A program made the position numbers and the translations under genes. From assembly GCA_043228905.1 (NCBI GenBank), contig JBHGNT010000005.1, positions 5,580,001 through 5,644,000 on the forward strand: a DNA stretch of 64,000 bases, given 5' to 3'. Position 1 is the stretch's first letter. The number at the start of each line of letters is the position of its first letter. The stretch comes from Azolla caroliniana. Lineage: Eukaryota; Plantae; Polypodiophyta. Below the pieces are notes generated by a model. The model saw nothing but the letters and a program-made list of their open reading frames with translations. It was not told the DNA's origin and made no database searches. Positions 13,576 through 23,582 of the stretch are shown here, one piece after another.

Positions 13576-14977
13576 TTGGTTTTCTTGTTAAGCTTGAAAG
13601 GGAGCGTAGACACCAACTCAATTTTCTTTTTGTATGACAATGAAGGATAACTATGGTTGTTAAGAATATAAGCCTAATATCCGCATTTATGTATCATTTT
13701 TAATGTAGAATCACAAAAATCCTATGGTACTCTAGAATATTTTGGCAAAGAATTTTGGTATAGATTTAAAGTAACACTAAATTGAAAGAAGCACTAACTA
13801 CAATATCATGACAATTGTTCATTATTCAATATAACCAATGTAACACATGGAATAGTGTCTCTCCTAGTACATCCATCCATTGCCCTTAGTGAGCACAACA
13901 TCCCATACATAACTCGCCCTATGTTGTTTTATGACTCCTGATGCCTCATATGGCGACTCCATTACCCAACTTGTAATCATCTTGCCATGCTCACAAGGAA
14001 TCTAACCCTCTCTCACAAGCACCCAATCACTCTATATGTGATGTTTGGCTTGTTGCATTAATTGGAAATCTAACCTTTCGTTACCACTATGTGACAAAAA
14101 CAAACTATAGAACAATCTTTGAATGGTGATGGGTGTGCCTTGTAATTGTTGTCTTTAGGAAAACCCACCCATGCAATCAACCATGATTGCTGCATTTGAC
14201 GCGCCATCAACCACTACCTCCGCTAGTAGGCGTCACCAATCCATCCAAAAAAATAGTTCAACTATATCGACATGCTTGATCCTAGCATCCAAGAGATCGA
14301 TTCTATCTTGTCATTGCCTTGGGTCCAATAAAGGGAACCACCATTTGAGTGGCCATGCTTCCATCAATATCAACACCCTAGTTGGGCCTCTCCTTCTCTT
14401 AGGTGCCAACTATTGGTCTCTAAACACAAGTTACCATCCTACCAATGAAACTTTGAAAGTATGATGAATACATTATTTGCCCCACCTTACTCAAGATATA
14501 TGGATGTAGCCCTTCTTCAATGTTTGCATACTACACCCAACATTTATATAGTGTATGCTACTCGGAACAACATGGATCAATTAGGTACCACTTGAATATG
14601 AATAATCAAAGAAAATTAAAAGGGAGATTTTGAGAAATTACATTTTGTATGGTTCATTAAAACAAGCAACATGGATAAGTGGAGATGCAAGAAAATATAA
14701 TAAAGTATGAATTTTGCATACATTGTCTTTTTTACAAGTGAAAAATGCAATTTCTTGAAAATAGGACACACTAAGGTGAAAGGCAAGATACTCAACCCTC
14801 CAATCCTAATCATATAAGGAGGCAATGTAGGGGTAGGAAGGATGTTCATTGTAACATACACTTGACTACTTTATGTGAATTGGTAAAGTGATAACACACT
14901 TAATAGTTATCCCACACCGTTAAATTGAATAATGCAATTTATACCCTTATTCCTAAATTCAAAATTAACCAACACGT

Positions 14978-15675
14978 TGTCGTGAAGAAAACCGCCCACA
15001 AGAGGAATCGGAGGAACAAGGCGTGGTAAACGGCTCTACACACACACGAGCGCCAAGAAGTACCTAAGGACGAAGTAGGTACATACGAGGATCCTAGGTG
15101 GGTAGATCCGGTTGGTATGCAGTTAATGCCAAACGGCCTCTTGACGGGCTATAAAAGGAAGAGGGAGAATAGAAGTGAGACATCTCGCGCGGAGAGGAGG
15201 AAGTGCTGCCGAACCGATTTCGAAGCTCCTCTCTCACTCCTGCTTTCTCTGTCTTCTGCTCCATTGCGTACCTGTGCAGGTATCGAGGAGGTTTGTGCTG
15301 TTCCGTGGAACGCCCCGAGTGCGTCCTGCAGCACCTCCGACCTGTTTCCCCTTTTCTGTGCGTCGCGACATACAGGGGTCGGCATCTGTTCGCCGCCCTG
15401 TTCGTTTTCGTTAGTATCTATTTCGTGCCCCACCGTGGGTTGTAACACTTTAGCCTGTTATTTTCTTGCATTCATAAGTACACATCTTTCGTGGTTGCGT
15501 CCATCTGTGTCGGCGTTTATTTGTGATCTCTGTTTGTTGGGCCGTGTCCCTGTGCAATCTTCGGTTCTGTGTAATCGTCTCTCTCTCCCCTTCTTCTCTC
15601 TCTCTCTTGCTCTTCGGTCCAAGACCCCCGTGGTCCCTCCTCCTTTCTGCACGCAAGGGTGTAGCAACCCCGACA
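14978..15675 (+). repeat. 5' LTR of gypsy copy 1
   Basis: Matches 21407-22104 with two substitutions seen (both C>T at CpG); TATA GGCTATAAAAG near 15147. Confidence 0.95.
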
Positions 15676-15678
15676 TCT

Positions 15679-15696
15679 TGGTGAACCCGACGTGAA
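15679..15696 (+). promoter_or_regulatory. Primer-binding site complementary to the tRNA-Trp 3' end
   Basis: TGGTGAACCCGACGTGAA is the reverse complement of TTCACGTCGGGTTCA-CCA, the plant cytosolic tRNA-Trp 3' end as I recall it. Confidence 0.88.
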
Positions 15697-15718
15697 AGAG
15701 GCGGCAGAAGAGCAGAAG

Positions 15719-17845
15719 ATGAGGGGGTCGGATCTCGCAGAGGCCATGGCTTCGGCCGTGGATCGGATTGTAAACGCGCGCGAGAGCACCGGTGCCCTCG
15801 ACAGAGCTATTGAGGCGGTCGTCGGCACGATCGGCCGGTTCGATGGGAGGGATGCCACAAAGTATTTGGCGTCCTACGGTGCAGAGATGCTGATGCGGGA
15901 CATTCCGGAAGAAAGGCGTCTTGCCGGATTTCCCCGAGTGGCGATGCCGAGCATCCATGCGGAGGTGCTCGAGGTGCGGACGGAGAGCCGTACCTGGGAG
16001 GAGTTCGAAGGTCGGCTCCTAGAGAAATACGGGCTGGACGACGCGCTCCGGCTTTCGAAGCGAAGGTTCATGGAATGGGTGGAGTCCCCGGGGAAGGGAA
16101 GAAACGCGTCGGCGCTCCTCCGGGAGTTCGAGGAAAACTTTGCGCGCCTTTCGGCGCTTGACCGAACCATCCTGGACACGAGCCGGGTCTTGCTGTTTGT
16201 CAAGTCGGTCGACGAGCGGGATCGGGAGCAAGTGGGCTTCTTGCTGGAAACCGAAGACGGGCTCACTACCGACTGGGCGGCTGTCAGGAAGGTCTGTGGC
16301 CGTTTCGACAAACGGCGAGAATGGGCGGATAACGGGGCGACCGGGTCGGGCTCGGTCGCAGCAAGGAAGCTCGAACCAGCGCCACAGGTGCGCAAAGAAG
16401 AGACCCGGGAGTGGTTGGAAACCGGTTCGGCTTCGACCGGCGTAGTCAGAGGCTCAACCGGAGGAGCGGCGCTGGAGGAATTGACGAAGGCGATAAAGGA
16501 CCTCCAAATCGCGCAGGCCCGAAGGGAAGGAGGCGAACCGGCTCGTGACCGACGGCCGGCGGCAGGAAACAGGTGCATGTGGTGCGATGAAGTCGGCCAC
16601 ATCCGGAAGGACTGCGGCGACTTCGCGGAGGCGCTGAGGAACAGGGTGGTATACCTGTGGGAAGGACGGGTGCATGCCAGCGACACCCGAAGGGCCCTGA
16701 GCCGCAACGACGGAAAAGGTGGTATGAAAAGGTTGATGGAAGAGGCGGCGGCCCGACACGCGGAAACCGTCCACTACTCGGCGTCGGCCGGCATTCGAGT
16801 CGGGGGCGGCGAGGCCCGAAGGGAAAGCGAAGCCGGATTCTGGCCGACGATGCTGGAAGGCCTTGCCGGTGCAAGGCTTAAAGGGGAGGAATCGGACCGT
16901 GCGGAGAAACGGGTACGGGAGATGACCGGGTGGAGCGACCCGGTCGAGGAAAAGACGGGCTTCGTGGAAGCCGCTTGCCGGAACTACGAGGCTCTGGTAG
17001 AAGAGAAGCGGGTGGGGAGACCCGGGACGACCGGTCCCTCACAACGATACGAGACCCGGTCCGGGCCACGACGGGACGAAGCCGGCGGGGCCGGTACGCA
17101 AGATAGACCCCAGAAGGGCGGGTACCGTCTGGGGACGGAGATAGAAAGAACCACGGACTTGCGAAAGGTCCTGGAGGAACGGATCCTCGACAGCAAGGTG
17201 GAGCTGTCGCTACGGGAGGTGCTGGGAATCGCCAAGAAGGAGTTCCACGACTCCATCGTGGACTTGGTGAAGCGGAAGAGGCTGTCGACGGAGACAGAAC
17301 CGGAAAGACCGGTGGAAGTGCGGACGACGCACCTAGACGACATGGCGCTGGGAGACGAGTGGGCGGAAAGCCACTATTCGAGACCACACTGGGCCCGAGC
17401 GACCACGGAAACCCCGGTGAAGATCGGCGATGTCCGGGAACCGGTGATAGCTTTGGTGGACCACGGATCGGAGATCAATTTGATGTCCATGGACTTCTAT
17501 AAGAAGGGCAAATGGCCGATCAACACCAAGCACGGGTGGAAAATAAGGGCAGCAACGCGCGCCACCGAGGAACTGCACGGGGCCTGTCTGAATGTGCGGG
17601 TCAAGATTGGCGACGTCGAGATTGACCAACACTTCTTCGTGCAGGAGACGTCTTCGCACCCGGTCATTCTGGGAGAACCGTACATTACGGCGGCGCGGAT
17701 GGAGACCAAAGTGCTGGACAATGGTTCGGCCTACGCGAGGGTCAAAAGCCAAGACGGGCGCCATTCGGTCCAGTTTCTGACGGTAAGGCCGAACCACGAA
17801 CGTAACCGTGATTCCCTCGGTTCCGAAAACCGAGAGGATTTTTAG
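15719..17845 (+). CDS. gag: Gag-protease ORF, copy 1 (708 aa from first ATG)
   Basis: Zinc knuckle CMWCDEVGHIRKDC; retropepsin ALVDHGSEINLM...VILGEPY; ends GAT TTT TAG. Confidence 0.9.
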   Translation: MRGSDLAEAMASAVDRIVNARESTGALDRAIEAVVGTIGRFDGRDATKYLASYGAEMLMRDIPEERRLAGFPRVAMPSIHAEVLEVRTESRTWEEFEGRLLEKYGLDDALRLSKRRFMEWVESPGKGRNASALLREFEENFARLSALDRTILDTSRVLLFVKSVDERDREQVGFLLETEDGLTTDWAAVRKVCGRFDKRREWADNGATGSGSVAARKLEPAPQVRKEETREWLETGSASTGVVRGSTGGAALEELTKAIKDLQIAQARREGGEPARDRRPAAGNRCMWCDEVGHIRKDCGDFAEALRNRVVYLWEGRVHASDTRRALSRNDGKGGMKRLMEEAAARHAETVHYSASAGIRVGGGEARRESEAGFWPTMLEGLAGARLKGEESDRAEKRVREMTGWSDPVEEKTGFVEAACRNYEALVEEKRVGRPGTTGPSQRYETRSGPRRDEAGGAGTQDRPQKGGYRLGTEIERTTDLRKVLEERILDSKVELSLREVLGIAKKEFHDSIVDLVKRKRLSTETEPERPVEVRTTHLDDMALGDEWAESHYSRPHWARATTETPVKIGDVREPVIALVDHGSEINLMSMDFYKKGKWPINTKHGWKIRAATRATEELHGACLNVRVKIGDVEIDQHFFVQETSSHPVILGEPYITAARMETKVLDNGSAYARVKSQDGRHSVQFLTVRPNHERNRDSLGSENREDF

Positions 17846-20800
17846 AGAGGACTGCCAAGGCGTGGGGCCGCGACAGTCCGGACACCCCGGGAAAACCCCA
17901 CACCTGTACGATAAAACCGAAGAAACCTTGTACCATAGGTAGGGAATTTTTGTTCTCCGACAGCGGAGCGTGCACGACAGTCGGCATCGGCGGCCGAGAG
18001 AAGAGAAAGGCGGAGGGGAGACTTCAAGCGTGCGGAGTTCTCGGCCCTGACGAGGAAATCAACGGAGCCGTGGAGGCGGTCTCATTCGACGACACCTTGG
18101 GAATGCTGGGAAAGGTAGTCGAAGAAGGCCTTAACGAAGACCGGACGATACCGGTGTGTTCCGAGGAGATGTACGAAGTCATCGCGGACTTCGGTCGAGG
18201 GCTCGAGTCAGTTCAGACGGCCCACGTAAGCACCAAGTACAAGACTGTGGACCGGAAGGTAAGGCCAGTCGCGGCACCCTTACCGGAGGACAGCGCGTCG
18301 AGAATCAAAGGGGTTGCATCGGACCCTAGTCTACGAGATCCGGCCTGCATAGGACACACCTTCACCGACGAGACGCTCCGAGAGCTCAAAATCGGTGGGG
18401 GCGGGTTCCTACTGCCGGCGGAGGAAGGCCGGTTTCGGAGAATGCTCGGAAGGCACGGGAAAGCCTTCGCATTCTCGCCGGAGGAAATCGGGTGCGTAGA
18501 CCCGACGATCGTGGAGCCGATGGTGATATTCACGGTACCGCATGTACCATGGAATCTCAAGCCAATCCCGGTTCCGAGAGCTCACATCCCGAAGTTGATG
18601 GAGCTGCTGAGGCAGAAAGTTGATATGGGAATTCTCGAGCCGTCGAGCGCCCCATATTCGAATCGATGGTTTACCGTACCGAAGAAAAACGGTTCGTTGC
18701 GCTTCATCCAGGACCTGCAGCCGGTCAATCGAGTGACCATTCGGAACGCAGGGATCGGACCGACCATCGACGAGTTCGCGGAGGCCTTCGCCGGAAGGTC
18801 AATTTACTCGGTCGGGGATCTATACTCAGGGTACGACCAGTTCCAGCTAGCCGTGGAGAGCAGAGACATTACGACGATGCGAACTCCCCTCGGCCTAGTT
18901 CGGATGTGTACACTGCCGCAAGGAGGGACCAACTCGGTGGCCCACATGGTGAATGCGATGAACAAGGTTCTGAGGGACTGTATCCCGAACATCACCATGC
19001 CGTTTCTGGACGACATCCCGATCAAGGGATGCCCGGTGGAGGAAAAGGACGAGACGATCGGGCCGGACGGATGCCGGCGATTTGTGGCGACGCACATCGA
19101 CGACTGCGAGAAGGTGCTGCAAAGGCTGGAGGATGCGAGACTCACCTTCTCCGGGGAGAAGTCGGCCTTCGGGCAGTCAGAAATCATGGTGGTCGGACAC
19201 CTGTGCGGACCATATGGCCGGAAACCGTCTCCGGCAAAGGTAGAAGCCATCTCCGCGATGAAGCCCGACTGCAGCTCGGTCACGGAAGTACGAAGATTCC
19301 TGGGGGCATGCGCGTTCTCCCACATATGGATCCCGCATTACGCACACGTCGCGGAGCCACTGTACGGGTTGCTGAAAAAGGGGCGAAGGTTCGAATGGCT
19401 GGACGAGCACGCGGAATCGGTCCGGAAGCTGAAAGAGGCCCTTGCAGCGGCACCGGCACTCCGGAAGGCGGTATACGGGAAGGGTACCCCGGTATTCATA
19501 ACGGTGGATACCAGTCCGACCGGGATCGGATGGGTCGTGAACCAGGAAGACGAGAACGGCGATCGGTTTCCGATCCGATTCGGCGCGAAAGTCCTCAGTG
19601 AACGGCAGCGAGGATACGCCCAGGTTAAACGCGAACTCTGGGGTATTGTTTCGGCGGTTAAGGCCAACAAAGACTACCTGATAGGGACAGAAGTGATCAT
19701 CGAGACGGATTGCCTGCCGATTCTCGGTATGGTTTCCGGATGCGCGACTCCGGACCTGGCGATGCTCAGGTGGATAGCGTACATCAAGTCCCTGGACCCG
19801 GAAATACGACACATTTCCGGGAAAGACAACGCCATGGCCGACATGCTTTCGAGGGCGAGGTTCGACGACGAGGGCGGCATGGTTTCGGAAGACGAAGAAG
19901 TCGGCGTGGATTTCTTCGAGGCGGCATACGTAACGACCGACGGGATGAGCACCCCGGCGCTTAACGAGTTCGACGCGAGCAAGTACGACGGGGAGTGGCT
20001 GCAGATCGGCGGGTTTTTGAAGACAATGACGCCCGATGCGTCGTGGACGAAGGACGAGGCCAACCGGATCCGGAAGAACGCATATCGATTCTTTCTCCGA
20101 GATGGGCATTTGTGGAAGCACCCGAAGAAGAGGAACGGCGTCCCGCTCCGGGTGGTGGCGATGAAGGAAGAACAGGAGGAGCTACTGGCGGCCTACCACG
20201 ACAGCCCTTGGGCTGGACACCGTGGAACGTGGGCGACATTTGAGAAGCTGAAGGGGAAGTACTGGTGGCCGGGATTGTACCGGGACGTGCATCGGTTCGT
20301 GTCAACTTGCGAGAGTTGTCAGATGCACTCGATAGTCCGACACCGGGACGGGCTTCGCCCTACGTACCCTCCGACTATCCACTTCAAATGGATGGTAGAT
20401 CTAGTGACGATGCCGATGGGGGTAGGACAGATGCGGTATCTGGTCCTAGCGCGGGAAGACCTGACGAACCAGGTGGAAGGCCGAGCCCTTCAGAATAAGA
20501 CGACCGCGGCCGTGTGTCGGTTCCTGATCGAGGACGTGATATGCCGGTATGGGTGCGTCGGGAAGATCGTGGCTGACCGGGGGGGAGTTGGACACCGAGG
20601 AAGCCACGGAGCTGTTTGATCGGCTGGGAGTCAAACTCTCGCTCACCACTGCGTACAACCCGGAGGCGAATGGAAAGGTGGAGCGCGGACACGGGCCGAT
20701 CATTAAAGCGCTGGTTCGGGCATGCGGGGGCCAAATCGGTAACTGGCCGCGACTTCTACCTTATGCTTTGTGGGCCGACCGGACTACGCACAGTTCGGTA

Positions 20801-21334
20801 ACCGGGTACATGCCGACAGAGCTCATGTTCGGCCAGAAGCCGATCATGCCGATGGAACGAACAATCTCCTCATGGGCAACGGTCGACTGGAGGGACGAGA
20901 TGAGCCGGGAGGACTTGTTGGCAGCGCGCATACGACAACTCGAACGGAAACCGGAGGACGTGGAGACGGCTGCAGAAAGGATCCGAGTGGCGAGGATAAA
21001 GAACAAGGCCAGGTTCGACCGAACGCACCGACTCCGACCGAAGAAGATCGAACAAGGTGACTGGGTGCTCGTCTACGACAGCAGCCTCGACAACCAGCAC
21101 CGAGCCACATGAAAGTTCGCACGTAGGTGGTTCGGGCCTTACGTGGTACGGAGCGCCAATGACAACGGGACATATCACCTGGCGGAACTCGACGGTACGA
21201 GAATAGCGATACCCGTGGCCGGGAAGAGGATCAAAGCTTTCAAGAAGCGGCACGACGACGAACCCGACCCGATTCTCCTGGACAGCAGCGGCGACCGATC
21301 CGAGGCCGAGGAAGGGCCGGCAGGCGAAGAGTAA
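17842..21334 (+). pseudogene. pol: pol (RT-RNase H-integrase) of copy 1, reached by predicted -1 frameshift; integrase disrupted
   Basis: RT LPQGGTNSV..FLDD, RH TVDTS..RELWG..ETDC, IN HHCC/DDE/GPY; extra G in the run at 20579-20585 and premature TGA at 21110-21112 (CGG in copy 2). Confidence 0.88.
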
Positions 21335-21393
21335 AGGCGGGCCGGTTTTCTCCGTGCCAACTTAATTTGGCGCATGCCGGTGGATGCGCGGTT

Positions 21394-21406
21394 AGGTGGG
21401 GGCGGA
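21394..21406 (+). promoter_or_regulatory. Polypurine tract of copy 1 (AGGTGGGGGCGGA)
   Basis: Immediately 5' of the 3' LTR; identical in copy 2 (23511-23523, minus). Confidence 0.75.
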
Positions 21407-22104
21407 TGTCGTGAAGAAAACCGCCCACAAGAGGAATCGGAGGAACAAGGCGTGGTAAACGGCTCTACACACACACGAGCGCCAAGAAGTACCTAAGGAC
21501 GAAGTAGGTACATACGAGGATCCTAGGTGGGTAGATCCGGTTGGTATGCAGTTAATGCCAAACGGCCTCTTGACGGGCTATAAAAGGAAGAGGGAGAATA
21601 GAAGTGAGACATCTCGCGCGGAGAGGAGGAAGTGCTGCCGAACCGATTTCGAAGCTCCTCTCTCACTCCTGCTTTCTCTGTCTTCTGCTCCATCGCGTAC
21701 CTGTGCAGGTATCGAGGAGGTTTGTGCTGTTCCGTGGAACGCCCCGAGTGCGTCCTGCAGCACCTCCGACCTGTTTCCCCTTTTCTGTGCGTCGCGACAT
21801 ACAGGGGTCGGCATCTGTTCGCCGCCCTGTTCGTTTTCGTTAGTATCTATTTCGTGCCCCACCGTGGGTTGTAACACTTTAGCCTGTTATTTTCTTGCAT
21901 TCATAAGTACACATCTTTCGTGGTTGCGTCCATCTGTGTCGGCGTTTATTTGTGATCTCTGTTTGTTGGGCCGTGTCCCTGTGCAATCTTCGGTTCTGTG
22001 TAATCGTCTCTCTCTCCCCTTCTTCTCTCTCTCTCTTGCTCTTCGGTCCAAGACCCCCGTGGTCCCTCCTCCTTTCTGCACGCAAGGGCGTAGCAACCCC
22101 GACA
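21407..22104 (+). repeat. 3' LTR of gypsy copy 1
   Basis: Direct repeat of 14978-15675. Confidence 0.95.
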
Positions 22105-23582
22105 ACGTATTCATCATAAGATTAAAGGAAAACTACGGAAAAGTTATCTCATGATCAGTTATGGTTATGCATGTAACATGAAGGGTCAAGAGCAAGTGAC
22201 ATGGTAGACATCGAATGGCTAATGGTGATCGACATCAAGTCATGGAAGACACGTGGATGATGCGGCAATGATGGTGTGACGACAATGACAAATGTAGATA
22301 ACAGTTGATGGTCACGTTTGTTGAGGGGGAAAGGCAGTGATGGATGGAAACAAGCAAGCGATAGTGAACAACAACTATGGCGACGACAATGAAGGCAATA
22401 AAATCAAATGTTGCCTTTGAAGGCTAGAGTCAAGCTAGCCTTTGATCGAAGGTAGCCTAGAGTCGAAGTCTACCTTTGAATCAAAGCTAAGCCTTTAGTC
22501 GAAGGTATCTTAGAGTCGAACGCCTCTTGTCCTCGATGTTCAGTTCAAAAAACTAGTAAAACGTTTTCATTGCCTCTTGTCGTCGATGATCTTGAATGCC
22601 CTCTTGATTCGCTAACCTAAGCTTGTTCAAGGTTCCAACATCGCTACTGCCTTGGTCCAAAATCTGAATCCTAACAATAAGCTCTCCTCTTCCTTGGTTC
22701 AAAGTTTTGATACATGACAATAAGCCCACCTCTTCCTTTTATAGGCATCTAGAGCTCCTCATGCAAATAAAAAAGTATCTTTGCTTTTAGCATGCACCAC
22801 ACTTCTTTCCCTCAAGCACGTTGTCGCGGTATTCCGCGATGTCGGGGTTGCTACGCCCTTGCGTGCAGAAAGGAGGAGGGACCACGGGGGTCTTGGACCG
22901 AAGAGCAAGAGAGAGAGAGGAGAAGGAGAGACCCGATTACACAGAACCGAAGATTGCACAGGGACACGGCCCAACAAACAGAGATCACAAATAAACGCCG
23001 ACACAGATGGACGCAACCACGGAAGATATGTACTTATGAATGCAAGAAATAACAGCTAAAGTGTTACAACCCACGGTGGGGCACTAAATAGATACTAACG
23101 AAAACGAACAGGGCGGCGAACAGATGCCGACCCCTGTATGTCGCGACGCACGGAAAGGGGAAAACAGGTCGGAGGTGCTGCAGGACGCACTCGGGGCGTT
23201 CCACGGAACAGCGCAAGCCTCCTCGAAACCTGCACAGGTACGCGATGGAGCAGAAGACAGAGGGAGCAGGAGTGAGAGAGGAGCTTCGAAATCGGTTCCG
23301 CAGCACTTCGTCCTCTCCCCGCGAGATATATTTTCCTATTCTTCCTCTTCCTTTTTATATCCCGTCAAGAGGTTGTTTGGCATTAACTGCATACCAACCG
23401 AATCTACCCACCTAGGATCCTCGTATGTACTTCTTGGCGCGCGTGTGTGTAGAGCCGTTTCCCACGCCTTGTTCCTCCGATTCCTCTCGTGGGCGGTTTT
23501 CTTCACGACATCCGCCCCCACCTAACCGCGCATCCACCGGCATGCGCCAAATTAAGTTGGCACGGAGAAAACCGGCCCGTCT

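Larger units (their letters stand above)
14978..22104 (+). mobile_element. Full-length GC-rich non-chromoviral Ty3/gypsy LTR retrotransposon, copy 1 (Ylt1/Phygy-like RT by recollection)
   Basis: 698-bp LTRs TGTCG...CGACA, 4-bp TSD ACGT (14974-14977, 22105-22108), PBS, PPT, domain order gag-PR-RT-RH-IN. Confidence 0.96.

Noticed and set aside
15117-15695. 192-202 aa ORF within the copy 1 LTRs
   Set aside because: Starts upstream of the TATA box and is not kept open in the copy 2 LTRs
18666-19601. 311-aa alternate-frame ORF and long antisense ORFs present in both gypsy copies
   Set aside because: Expected from high GC3; the copies are too similar here for shared openness to be informative; no recognisable motif
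20579-20585. G7 run as a second programmed frameshift in integrase
   Set aside because: Absent from copy 2; better explained as homopolymer slippage or sequencing error
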